From the NCBI GenBank assembly GCA_049304055.1, contig JBAQNT010000007.1, positions 55,370 through 119,369 of the forward strand: a stretch of 64,000 bases of DNA, read 5' to 3'. Both the position numbers and the translations under genes were made by a program. The DNA comes from Microgenomates group bacterium (GTDB taxonomy: Bacteria > Patescibacteriota > Microgenomatia > UBA1406 > GWC2-37-13). The notes beneath the pieces were generated by a model. It searched no databases, had not been told where the DNA came from, and saw only the letters and a list, made by a program, of their open reading frames with translations. This document shows, in pieces, positions 17,501 through 26,465 of the stretch. The first letter of the stretch is position 1; the number at the start of each line of letters is the position of its first letter.

Positions 17501-20500
17501 GTTCAATTGCCACAGGTGACACTGAAAGGAAATTGAAGAATTCAAACGCCATTCTCTGTCGAAGATCTGGATCTTCAACCTTGTCCAAAGCCTTAAACAT
17601 CTCATCGACTCCCGCTCGAAGAAATGCTCCTACATATCGGAAATCTCGTGTCTTGAGCGCGTCCATGAACTTCTCATGATTTGAGTCGGCGATGACCGAA
17701 AGGTCTCCTTGGTTCCCTTGTGTTGTGTTGCCTTCGTACTTTAATGCAAGATATGTTCTCCAATAGTTACCGAATTCATTTTGAGCAGCTTCGACTCCTT
17801 CTATGACTGCGCTTCCCATTATTTCATCTATTTCTTTCTGCAATTTTTCTTTTTCGTCTGCTTGATCGCTCCCTGTACCTAACGCTTTAAGCTGTTCTCT
17901 GAGTGTATCTGCACTTTTTTCCTTTGCTTTTTGCGCTACATCTCCCTTCAGAACTGCGCTCAGCGATAACTTTTCTGCGGCATATTCTGCAGCATCAGCA
18001 CCGAGCACTTCTGAAATTCGTCCGAATAAGGTTTTGAGTGTGCTCAATGATTTTATTGTCTGTTCATTTGTTGAGGCACTATCAATTGCTGTCTTTATTG
18101 CATCTTGAACGTTCGTAAGTAATTTATAGCAAATTTCAGGAAATGCAGATTTGACCTCCTCTGGCTTTTGCTCTTTTTTCATCGGCTTGAGGAGATTAAT
18201 CATCCCATCTACCTGAAGCATAAGGGACTGGACCACATTAAATTCACTCCCAATACCATAGTGTGGATTCTGAATATGACTTACCAATCTTTTACCGAAT
18301 TCTGGATCACTGGCTTGATCGAAATAGAACTTAACCATACCCTCAACAAAAGTAGGCTTACCATCACTTTCTCTTTTGAGAGTTTCTTGTACAAATGAAT
18401 TAAACTCATCTGCCACCACATGTTTTTGTTTTGTGTCAAGATTTGCGACAGATAGTGGAAGTATGCCTCCAGTTATGTCGGTTGAATCCAACCATAGTAA
18501 TAACTGCTTAAATCCAACTTCTATAAACTTCTGTTGCATCTCTGGAGCAAGTAATTTTACTGTATCTTTTACTGACGTAAAATGTGCTTTCGTATCTTCA
18601 AGAATCTGTTTTACGCTTGCCGTATGCAATCCTCCATGCCCAAACTTTTTGTCGACTATGTCTGAAATATATGTGTTCCAGAATTCGATCAGAGGTTGTT
18701 CAACCAGTTGATTATTTGTCTCAACTCGCAATGTGTTTAGTTCATCCTTTGTTATCTTTCCATGTTCTTGGATGAATACTGCAAGTCGTCCTCCTATCTG
18801 GAGCGTGCCATTTTGAGTCAACACATTGTATTCTGCACTACTTATTTCGCCTGTTTCCTCTATTTTTTTTGCTATTTCAGCATATAATTTACCCTTTCCA
18901 AAGATCTCTTCTGTGAGACCTGTTTCTGTTACTGACGTGAATAATGATTGACTTTCAGAAGTAGAAAATGCACCTTTTAACTCATCTGTAGCTGCGTGAT
19001 GGATTTCTCCCAATTTTTTTACTACAGTCGTATCTAATGTGCGAGCTTCGCGTATTGTGGCCTTGATTTTATCTACTGTGACTTCATATACCTGAGCTTG
19101 TTTGTCGTTACCTTGTCTTTTTGCACGGCTGATCAGATCTTTTGCTTGCTTAACGAAAGTGTCAGCTAGACTAAATTGTCCAGCATCAGCTCCATAATCT
19201 GCGTCCTGTATTCTTGCAACAAGCTTATCTAAGAATGCTTTTGTAGACTCAGGGGTTTCTATTTGCTGATCATAAAAGTCAGTTTGACCAGTTACTACTT
19301 CAGGGTTGACGCTAGTAAACACTGCTTCCGCTGTGTTTTTGTATAGATCTCGAATTGCAGGGTTTTTTGTCTTCTTATATGCATCAAGTAGTTTTTCTTG
19401 TACGACCTCAAACATTCCTGCCTGAAGAGATACGTTGGCTCTTCGTTCATATGCGCTAAACAGACCGCCAATGACTCCAGCAATTGCCGATGTGGCCTCT
19501 TCTGACTTACCTCCCAATCCATATCCAGGATTAGATATCATATCAACCCACATGGTCAGTTCAGCATGTAGTTGATCGCTTTTTGCTAATTTTCGTCTTT
19601 CTATTTCATCATCTCCTAGTCTGTGTTTTGCAACTAGATCAAATCGCTCGGTAAGACTGTTGACTTGTGTATCAAAGTAAGCAGTATCTATCGTATGTTT
19701 TGCGACATCTGCAAATACACGACCTAACGAAAGAGCCGCTCTTCCGTCCACCTGAGTTCTAAGACCTTCAAGTAATTGTCTTTTTGCGGCATTCATTATC
19801 TGATATCTAGTCTTTGAGGGGAGCTCTTGATATGCATCGCTTTCTAAAAACGCCTTTAGTTCGACTTCGATTATGCTTTTTGTCTCTCTGCCGTCTTCAA
19901 CAGTAAATGGATGGGTTCCACCTATACCGTAAGTTGCATTTTCTATCCCTGTTCTCGTTCCTATGAACATGTTAGGAATCATCGATCCCGTTTCTTTTGC
20001 AGCTTCATCTGCGATATTCGCAGTGATATTGTGCCAATATTGTTTTCTCCCGTCTGCTAGGTTTTCATTATCTAAAATAAGATCTTTGTAGTAATCTCTT
20101 AATTCTTCTCGCTCTCTTTCATTTACGTGCTCCCTATCAAATCCTGAAAGCAACATTTCACGTCCAACTTCTATAAATCGTGATGCATAGTCACTCCACC
20201 CGCGATCATGCAATGATCCAACAACCTCATTATAGAAATTTTTTATTTCTTTGGTCGTCGGCTTATGTTTACCTTCTCCATATTTTCCATGCGTTATCTG
20301 TGATACCATAAAGGACCAAAACTCTTCAGGCTCCAATTGCCCCGCTTTTGTCACTTTTTCGTTCAAAATCAAACCCATTCCAGTGAGACGTCGGGAGAAG
20401 AATGGGAGAAGTTCGCGTGCAGCATGAAGGTATGCTGTTCCAATCGATGCGCCTTCGCTAGGGATATATGGCACACGTGATAATTCACGAGAACCGGCAC

Positions 20501-20531
20501 CTTGGTTACTGAGAGATATGAGTTTGGACAT
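14592..20531 (-). CDS. Giant orphan protein (1979 aa), predicted cytoplasmic and helix-rich
   Basis: Uninterrupted 5.9-kb ORF with its own promoter. No signal peptide or TM segment. Charged and coiled-coil-like composition. No catalytic motif that I can recognise. Confidence 0.85.
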   Translation of the reverse strand: MSKLISLSNQGAGSRELSRVPYIPSEGASIGTAYLHAARELLPFFSRRLTGMGLILNEKVTKAGQLEPEEFWSFMVSQITHGKYGEGKHKPTTKEIKNFYNEVVGSLHDRGWSDYASRFIEVGREMLLSGFDREHVNEREREELRDYYKDLILDNENLADGRKQYWHNITANIADEAAKETGSMIPNMFIGTRTGIENATYGIGGTHPFTVEDGRETKSIIEVELKAFLESDAYQELPSKTRYQIMNAAKRQLLEGLRTQVDGRAALSLGRVFADVAKHTIDTAYFDTQVNSLTERFDLVAKHRLGDDEIERRKLAKSDQLHAELTMWVDMISNPGYGLGGKSEEATSAIAGVIGGLFSAYERRANVSLQAGMFEVVQEKLLDAYKKTKNPAIRDLYKNTAEAVFTSVNPEVVTGQTDFYDQQIETPESTKAFLDKLVARIQDADYGADAGQFSLADTFVKQAKDLISRAKRQGNDKQAQVYEVTVDKIKATIREARTLDTTVVKKLGEIHHAATDELKGAFSTSESQSLFTSVTETGLTEEIFGKGKLYAEIAKKIEETGEISSAEYNVLTQNGTLQIGGRLAVFIQEHGKITKDELNTLRVETNNQLVEQPLIEFWNTYISDIVDKKFGHGGLHTASVKQILEDTKAHFTSVKDTVKLLAPEMQQKFIEVGFKQLLLWLDSTDITGGILPLSVANLDTKQKHVVADEFNSFVQETLKRESDGKPTFVEGMVKFYFDQASDPEFGKRLVSHIQNPHYGIGSEFNVVQSLMLQVDGMINLLKPMKKEQKPEEVKSAFPEICYKLLTNVQDAIKTAIDSASTNEQTIKSLSTLKTLFGRISEVLGADAAEYAAEKLSLSAVLKGDVAQKAKEKSADTLREQLKALGTGSDQADEKEKLQKEIDEIMGSAVIEGVEAAQNEFGNYWRTYLALKYEGNTTQGNQGDLSVIADSNHEKFMDALKTRDFRYVGAFLRAGVDEMFKALDKVEDPDLRQRMAFEFFNFLSVSPVAIELAAREKRRAGENEYQGAKSVRTIGSIQVEFIKRIIDESVTNRNRLGDFTTYIETNLAEKNVIPKEKLLCIELLFSYRYAKFGRTFAGKNPYEGKDVNSLEAKDVDFGQDPKSISNATHGLESSIETSSKMIKKGDRLSILEQIAAWGNFSPRILMELAVTGEMRTRLIKNKRKFGQSKWNKVREQVYNLLRDEKKDDRWYEKLNKVYKATGKYLFNADTETSVSPALTKIILNALDIPLSDKPEDSKNALELVLAFLDDFGQVATLPGTSFMFDKDWTTLDGDKRSAWESFAYNLIHQIEDLEMSGPATGANEAQRTSLADVNAAHLVLLGKAFKDFGENEDVKAVGTIGSAYVNLLHDILTDNDKSGAYKYHEDIRLAAQHVLQNELPLWSDEMMHKFFDGFVAKANSYGDYIKWIEHHNWTGIAFGAGVVPEHTYIGDLLRGQTESSEAASQLIYTKSSRMAVDATLEMLRGYMFLGGRGGKRMAISIVTNEDTDQFKDKIRGVMKVDQEGNFIEQAVRITYALGDEEQKKEMKKILEDLGRKDLSTYIATFNQDEIPGNAQKYLSKTGGLMDELAGELTVIEKKYEEALKTMMGGLKPLIRIENGQVVSIEGLGQDSVLLAQLKARGEGWISELEAKMDIQGKRDQMKSAADLEKILKERGSFAVFEEMVKQARISGGGENFEVKVIESMQEFLHVLTETAKKSAGKGGNMTQPNMFQVSRNQTGAVLSAIQSGAEAMASSLAKIVNITMEQRTEVMAKFAEIMQKTGLGESSTSVETLVKTYVDMFTKIISGDADQVEKIMGMRTAVAEKRGLELQSLLAIEEKLTNEMSALGEKADRIAIDQIKAEIDGLKSIRDQVYKAAGDAVEELKTYGDVTKAYGKNLDQRLAASAEEKTAALQFFHNVSAPNGKLGKRAFKYMQWFAGYAAAGETLNFEHLSLDPVVLLNNMGLKDYQQEDLFSQTNAQ

Positions 20532-20542
20532 ATTTTTTCTGT

Positions 20543-20571
20543 ATTATAACATATAACTATAGGTTTGTAAA
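20543..20571 (-). promoter_or_regulatory. Sigma70-type promoter TTTACA-17-TATAAT (with TG extension), 11 nt before the giant-gene ATG
   Basis: The reverse complement of 20566-20571 is TTTACA and of 20543-20548 is TATAAT. TGT sits immediately upstream of the -10. Confidence 0.6.
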
Positions 20572-20646
20572 ACTAAACCTAAATTTATAAATTTATAGCC
20601 TTAATATATATTAAAATTGATAATTTAATACTTATAATAATTTTTA

Positions 20647-23106
20647 TTAATCCTTTTTAATACCAATATATGAACTCACTTCTCTCAATCTTTCAACTGT
20701 TTTTGGTACATATTCTGTCCCATGTTTTTGAAATATACTGAGGACGTCTGTAACTGTTTTGATCCTATGGCCTCCTTCTAGGTGCCGCATATTTGCAATC
20801 AGAATCGTTTCTAATGCTTCCTTATTTATATGGGGATATTGTCTTACTTGACCGCGTAGACCGCTTGGATATGTTCGGGCTGTTTTCCAAAACCAACTTT
20901 CTGCTTTTTCTTGACGATGTTCTTGCTTACAAAGTTCAAACGCAAGTTGCATCACTTCCTTTCCAATTAATTCTTTACGGACGTGTGCAACACGAAGATC
21001 GTTCTCTATTTGAGTGCTAATACCGTTCTGAGCAAGTATATCCTCGAGTTTTTGCATTTGATTTCTTGTTTCTCCGTCCCACCATAGTTTTACCTCATCA
21101 ACCCTTTTTGAAAGATTCTCATATACAATATTCCGCTCATCTTTTTTATTCTGGCTTGCTTGTTTTTTTCTAAAATCAGCCTCGATAGTCGCAAAATCAG
21201 GTCTTTGCACCATATCAAGAAGTCCACCTAAATCTTTATGTTCTCTTGCTCTATGCGCTCGTTCGGTTATGGTAAGCAGCGTCTGCATATCATGCCATTC
21301 ATTTGAGTTGAAATCGGCATTTTGTTCCTGTGCAACAAGTGCAGCGTACACCTTTAACGTTCTGTGTTTCTTAAGTATTTCTTGAATCTCAGGATGAGAT
21401 GCATTTATGAGATTATGTATCGCATGGTGGGCAAAGGAGTTTCTACGATCCATTGCCTTTTGTTCATTGTGGTCTTTTATCCTTAACCTCACTACATTTA
21501 GCCCAACGAGGGCTGCTCCTATCAGACCAAGAAATGAAAAGCCATTATATGCCCGCTCAGCAAATATTGGGTATGTTGGTTTGTCTATTTGCCCAGCAGA
21601 AAGTTCATATACGTCCAGAGGCATCGTCTGGCTATAACCATTCTTATCTGTCATTGTTAGGCTCATATCATTTACCAATCCCATTTGACCATAGGGAACC
21701 TCACAATTAAATGTGTTTACCTGGGCAACCGGTGCGACCGGATTACAGTTAATCGTGGTATCAGAACCGTTTACCATTTTTTCAATTCCTTGCCATAAAC
21801 TTCCTGGACTCATCGCAGTACTTTGATGACCTTTTACTTCTATCGTTTCTACGCTTTGAGTTGAGTCGTTTGAGGTTATTGTTATTCGCAGATCTTTACC
21901 CTTCCATGCGTCGACATGTGCCCCATATGCAAATGGATTATAGATAGGTTGTTGGGTTGTTGCAGTAGTTGACCTATGCGCAGGATCAGAAACAGCAAAT
22001 TGAATCGGTTGATTGTTCATATCGACTCGGGCAGCCCCAAGTGGGACACTTCCTGTTTGACCTTCTGGAATATGTACTCCATTTACTACACAATCAGCGT
22101 CATATGCAACTTCAACACAAGTAAATCCGTCCAATATGATTTGTCCCTTCAGGATTTTTACTGTGCCCGAATACATGAATTGTGGACTCCCTTCCAGTCC
22201 AAGAGTTGGCGCAACAAAAGTAGTATGTGTTTGAAAGCCATTACTTTCTGCCGTGATGAGTGTTGATTCCCCATCTCCTGCTTTTACTGGGACATTCAAG
22301 GCTTCACCCTGTTGTTGGGTTGCTCCAACTTTTATTGAATCAGCTGAAAGTTCACATGCTGTGTCACATGCAACAGCCACACTGTATTGATCGTTTTTAT
22401 AAACGATACCTGATTGGACAGTTGGATTGGCTCCAATCGCAACATCAATCTGTGATGTATTACCTGCGATATCTTTCATGGTCGCAACCGCTCTGTGCGA
22501 TGGGTCATTTATCACAGCAGACACCTGACCATTCACTATGGGAGATGTAATTCCTTCAACTGTGAACATCCCATCTTCACTACAGTTTGCCTGAATTGTA
22601 TTGCCAGAAAACCCTGTTTGAGTGCAGGCGATTTCTTGTGTGTCGAATGTAGCAGATCCACTTGCACTCCCCGCAGTCACACATGAACCGCTTGAGTCAA
22701 CTGCTTGTATTTCCATCATGATAGATGCGACCCCCTGCACCCCATCTTGCGGTGTCAAATTGACCGTCATTTCACCTGTTATTGGATTATATGAAACATT
22801 AGCGGTTACAAGCTGTGCATTAGAAATTTCGATGTTTGGTGGACATTTGACTAAGTCTATTGAATCGCTAAACGCAGCGGGGATTGTTATAGATTGTTGA
22901 AACTGTTCTGAAACAAACTGAGGAAGGTTTAATGCATATTGTTGGGGAGGTGCTTCTGACCCACACGCTGTCAAGACAGCCTCGGCAATACCAAGTGCAA
23001 GGAATGTCGCGATGTTTTTTGATGTAAGGAGTGTGTGATGTTCAGGCATGCGAGCAGACATCCGATGTTCCATCTTACGACGTCTATGCTCTTGCTTGGC
23101 AGACAT
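20647..23106 (-). CDS. Bitopic envelope protein (819 aa): lipoprotein-like signal, ~480-aa extracytoplasmic beta-rich region, one TM, ~275-aa cytoplasmic helical tail
   Basis: The lipobox-like ALGIAEAVLTAC follows a basic N-terminus. The second TM, FSFLGLIGAALVGLNVVRL, is encoded at 21481-21540. The track start at 23145 is a TTG. The ATG at 23106 sits 10 nt after a TATAAT. Confidence 0.75.
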   Translation of the reverse strand: MSAKQEHRRRKMEHRMSARMPEHHTLLTSKNIATFLALGIAEAVLTACGSEAPPQQYALNLPQFVSEQFQQSITIPAAFSDSIDLVKCPPNIEISNAQLVTANVSYNPITGEMTVNLTPQDGVQGVASIMMEIQAVDSSGSCVTAGSASGSATFDTQEIACTQTGFSGNTIQANCSEDGMFTVEGITSPIVNGQVSAVINDPSHRAVATMKDIAGNTSQIDVAIGANPTVQSGIVYKNDQYSVAVACDTACELSADSIKVGATQQQGEALNVPVKAGDGESTLITAESNGFQTHTTFVAPTLGLEGSPQFMYSGTVKILKGQIILDGFTCVEVAYDADCVVNGVHIPEGQTGSVPLGAARVDMNNQPIQFAVSDPAHRSTTATTQQPIYNPFAYGAHVDAWKGKDLRITITSNDSTQSVETIEVKGHQSTAMSPGSLWQGIEKMVNGSDTTINCNPVAPVAQVNTFNCEVPYGQMGLVNDMSLTMTDKNGYSQTMPLDVYELSAGQIDKPTYPIFAERAYNGFSFLGLIGAALVGLNVVRLRIKDHNEQKAMDRRNSFAHHAIHNLINASHPEIQEILKKHRTLKVYAALVAQEQNADFNSNEWHDMQTLLTITERAHRAREHKDLGGLLDMVQRPDFATIEADFRKKQASQNKKDERNIVYENLSKRVDEVKLWWDGETRNQMQKLEDILAQNGISTQIENDLRVAHVRKELIGKEVMQLAFELCKQEHRQEKAESWFWKTARTYPSGLRGQVRQYPHINKEALETILIANMRHLEGGHRIKTVTDVLSIFQKHGTEYVPKTVERLREVSSYIGIKKD

Positions 23107-23116
23107 ATAGTCACGT

Positions 23117-23145
23117 ATTATATCAAAAACTATAGGTTTTTTCAA
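23117..23145 (-). promoter_or_regulatory. Sigma70-type promoter TTGAAA-17-TATAAT (TG-extended), 10 nt before the ATG at 23106
   Basis: The reverse complement of 23140-23145 is TTGAAA and of 23117-23122 is TATAAT. Confidence 0.55.
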
Positions 23146-23253
23146 GAAGATGTATGAGTTTAGAAGTTATCCCTCTATAATATACTATATAGGGAAATTA
23201 CTCATTTTTTTTCATTTGCTATAAGTAGCAATAAGGAAATTACACCTTATATA

Positions 23254-25758
23254 TCAAATATGTATAATTTTCTTGACTCCCCGTATTCCGATAAGAACAG
23301 ATGCGGCAAGAACGATGAATATACCGAATTGGCTATAACTTACCTGGGAAACATTGAATATCGCAGCGATAGACGGAATACGTACGATAGCAAATTGCGT
23401 CATGAATGGAAACAGGAATGATGCCAAGAATACGGGCGAAATAAGCCTTTTAAGATGTGTGTGTAGTGATCTGTGGGATAACCACAGATCAACGTATATG
23501 AATGACTGGATAAGCGTAAGGACTGAAAATACTGCAGCTTTTGCGACTCCATCAGATACACGTAAGAACAACGCATATGTCGTAAGCGTAATTATGCTTG
23601 AAATGATGCCTACAGCCAAAATATAATGGCGTTCCTTATTTTGCAGTAATTCCAGTTCCTTTTGCGGCTTTTCCTTCATCAAATGTCCCGAACGTGGAGA
23701 AAATGAGAGTGATAGCGCTGGAACTCCATCAGTCACTAGATTGATATACAGGAGCTGTATGGGAAATAGTACATGATTGAATCCCAACATCAGGCCGCCA
23801 ATAAGCGTTATTGCTTCCGATACATTACAGGAAAGTAGGTATTGAATAGCATTTTTGAGGTTTTTTATGATATTCCTTCCCTCTTCAACCGCATTAACGA
23901 TTGATGCGAAGTTGTCATCTGTAATGACCATATCGGCTGTTTCACGCGCGACGTCCGTTCCCACAAGACCCATAGCGACGCCTACGTCAGCTTGTTTAAG
24001 CGCAATTGCATCATTTACCCCATCTCCTGTTACCGCTACCACCTCTCCTAGTTTTTGGAACAACGTAACGATCCTATGCTTATGGAAAGGGGTCGTACGT
24101 GCAAAAATAGCCGTGGTCGGTAATACTTTCATCAGTTCTTCATCTGAATATTCTTCCAATTGCTTTCCAGTCAAGATATCGTCCCCTTCTTTCATTATTC
24201 CCGCTGTAACGCCGATCGCCTCAGCTGTCCTTTCGTTATCTCCCGTTATCATGATGACACGAATGCCTGCCGTCTGTGCGCGTTCTACTGCTTCTCTCAC
24301 CTCTGGACGAGGCGCATCGTGGATAGCGACCATACCAAGGAACACTGAGTCATTGAAGTCTCCTACGTTATCGACACCTGTTTTGTATGAAAAAGCAAGG
24401 ACCCGCAATCCTTTGCGCGCCCATGCATCCATCTGGTCTTCTATTTTTTTTCGCTCTTCCTTTGTTAACGGATGCACCTGTGTCCCCTTTTGGATCGATG
24501 ATGTTATCTCAAGGATCGATTCAGGAGCTCCTTTTGTATAGATTGTTTTCTCCTGACCTATTAATACACTCATCCTTTTTGTCACACTATCAAATGGGGA
24601 TTCTTCAATGAGTGTATGTTTTTTTCGTTCTGTCTCTATGACTATGCCTATTTCCTTCGCCATGAAAAGCAAGGCTCCCTCTGTTGGATCGCCCAATACG
24701 TCGCTTGAGCCATGGTCATGCTTATAGACCAATGACGCGGTTGAACACAGGATGCCATTCTGGACAAGATGCATGAATGGGTGATTCTCAAGGTTCGGTA
24801 ACTCCTCGACATATGTCTTATCATCCACAAATACTTCCTTTACCTTCATCCTGTTTGTCGTCAGTGTGCCTGTCTTGTCGGTTGCGATAAGGGTAATACT
24901 TCCCAGCGCTTCAATAGCCGACAGCTTGCGAACTATGGATTTTTTCTTACTCATCTCATTGACTCCGATCGCCAAAGTGATTGTCATGACAGCTGGAAGC
25001 CCCTCAGGGACTACTGCGACAGCAAGCGAGATGGAGAGCAAAAATGCAGGGAAATACATTTCCCCTTGAAGGAGTGAGACTACAAATACTATTACCGCCG
25101 AGACCACTCCCACTATTCCAATAGTTCTCGTCAGTTGTTTTAGCTTTTTTTGCAGCGGGGTTTCAGTGTCAATGATCGTGCTCAGTTCGTGGGCAATATG
25201 TCCAAACTTTGTCTGCATTCCCGTGTGTGTTACCTGGATCACTCCTCTTCCCTTCGAAACGATTGTTCCTGAAAATACCTCTTCGCCTTTTTGTTTGGCT
25301 ACTGGAAGGGATTCACCTGTTAACGCTGATTCGTTGAGTTCGATATTCCTGCTTTCAAGCAATATTCCGTCAGCAGCAATTTTTACCCCTTCTTCAACGA
25401 TGCAAATGTCCCCCGGAACAACTAGGTTGCTCGTTATCTCCTGTTCCATCCCATCCCTCAAAACTCTCACTTTTGCCACCGACATCTTCTTCAGAGCGGC
25501 AATTGATTCTTCTGCTTTTGCTTCTTGGTAGATGCCGAAAAGTGCGTTTAAAATGACGATTGCAATGATAAGCCCACCATCAACTGCCTCACCTATAATA
25601 AATGAGAGTCCCGCCGCGCCTAAAAGGAGTAATGTCAAAAAATTATTAAATTGTTCAATAAATTTCATGAAGAATGTCTTCTTTTTACCTTCCGATAATA
25701 CATTTTCGCCATGTTCTAATAAAAGTTCAGTTGCTTGTTTTAAAGTTAATCCTTGCAT
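23254..25758 (-). CDS. P-type ATPase, Ca2+-transporting (type IIA-like)
   Basis: DKTGTLT phosphorylation site, the PEGLPAV TM4 motif, TGDN, and the GDGVNDAIALKQADVG hinge. Confidence 0.9.
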   Translation of the reverse strand: MQGLTLKQATELLLEHGENVLSEGKKKTFFMKFIEQFNNFLTLLLLGAAGLSFIIGEAVDGGLIIAIVILNALFGIYQEAKAEESIAALKKMSVAKVRVLRDGMEQEITSNLVVPGDICIVEEGVKIAADGILLESRNIELNESALTGESLPVAKQKGEEVFSGTIVSKGRGVIQVTHTGMQTKFGHIAHELSTIIDTETPLQKKLKQLTRTIGIVGVVSAVIVFVVSLLQGEMYFPAFLLSISLAVAVVPEGLPAVMTITLAIGVNEMSKKKSIVRKLSAIEALGSITLIATDKTGTLTTNRMKVKEVFVDDKTYVEELPNLENHPFMHLVQNGILCSTASLVYKHDHGSSDVLGDPTEGALLFMAKEIGIVIETERKKHTLIEESPFDSVTKRMSVLIGQEKTIYTKGAPESILEITSSIQKGTQVHPLTKEERKKIEDQMDAWARKGLRVLAFSYKTGVDNVGDFNDSVFLGMVAIHDAPRPEVREAVERAQTAGIRVIMITGDNERTAEAIGVTAGIMKEGDDILTGKQLEEYSDEELMKVLPTTAIFARTTPFHKHRIVTLFQKLGEVVAVTGDGVNDAIALKQADVGVAMGLVGTDVARETADMVITDDNFASIVNAVEEGRNIIKNLKNAIQYLLSCNVSEAITLIGGLMLGFNHVLFPIQLLYINLVTDGVPALSLSFSPRSGHLMKEKPQKELELLQNKERHYILAVGIISSIITLTTYALFLRVSDGVAKAAVFSVLTLIQSFIYVDLWLSHRSLHTHLKRLISPVFLASFLFPFMTQFAIVRIPSIAAIFNVSQVSYSQFGIFIVLAASVLIGIRGVKKIIHI

Positions 25759-25780
25759 ATCCTGTAGTTTAAAACTTAAA

Positions 25781-26326
25781 TTAATTAATGCTGAGTGCCT
25801 TAAGCTTATGCATCACTTTCATTTTGCCAAGCGCTGCATATGCTATCTCCATTGTTTCCAAAATACTTGCAACCGTCCTGTTTGCTTCATCAAATGTCAC
25901 TGCCCGGACATTATGAGGAAAATAGTGGAAGATTTCGTTTCTCCCCAATTTCCAGGTTTTCCATACACGGTCTGCCAACTCTCTTGATCCATTCTGTCTC
26001 ATTTTTTCAAATAATGACCTATTTCCCAGCTTCATTATTAAATGAGGTGAGAGTAATTTACCAAGACGCAAATGGTCGGAAATATAATCAAGATGAGAAA
26101 TGAATCCGATATCCTTGAACATCTGCTTCAAGAACCCTTCATATGCTTTTGCGAAGGGAAAAATAAGGAAAGAGTAATCTTTGAAACGATAGGCGTGGTC
26201 CTGGATCACTTCGTTCATGAGGTATTGACCCTCATCGATAAGGTCCCGTTGTGTCTGTGAGAGATATGCCCACAACATTCCCTTTGTTGATTCTTCCACG
26301 ACTTGAGGTTGAGTTTGACCCAGCAT
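25781..26326 (-). CDS. Hypothetical protein (181 aa) with a HEPN-like Rx4H motif
   Basis: All-helical composition. GRNEIFH (R-x4-H) lies near the C-terminus. The gene has its own promoter and sits 22 nt upstream of the ATPase gene. Confidence 0.4.
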   Translation of the reverse strand: MLGQTQPQVVEESTKGMLWAYLSQTQRDLIDEGQYLMNEVIQDHAYRFKDYSFLIFPFAKAYEGFLKQMFKDIGFISHLDYISDHLRLGKLLSPHLIMKLGNRSLFEKMRQNGSRELADRVWKTWKLGRNEIFHYFPHNVRAVTFDEANRTVASILETMEIAYAALGKMKVMHKLKALSIN

Positions 26327-26332
26327 ATATTA

Positions 26333-26361
26333 AATATACAACAAAAGAGAGACAGTGTAAA
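26333..26361 (-). promoter_or_regulatory. Sigma70-type promoter TTTACA-17-TATATT, 6 nt before the ATG at 26326
   Basis: The reverse complement of 26356-26361 is TTTACA and of 26333-26338 is TATATT. Confidence 0.55.
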
Positions 26362-26373
26362 CCAGTTTGGAGA

Positions 26374-26394
26374 AATCCTAAACTCTAAACCCTA
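26374..26394. repeat. Left array of CTAAA-type heptad repeats; left arm of a 16-nt perfect inverted repeat
   Basis: Reads tcctaaa/ctctaaa/ccctaaa. The segment 26374-26389 (aatcctaaactctaaa) is the exact reverse complement of 26466-26481. Confidence 0.7.
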
Positions 26395-26465
26395 AACAAA
26401 ACTCAAACAGAACTAAATCATAAATAGTTACATTTTTATTCTTTTTTTTCCTATTTTATTTAGAA

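Noticed and set aside
23165-23200. An imperfect hairpin ccctctata..tatataggg downstream of the ATPase gene, considered as a terminator.
   Set aside because: It has one mismatch in a 9-bp A/T-rich stem and no U-run in the direction of ATPase transcription. I left it unannotated.
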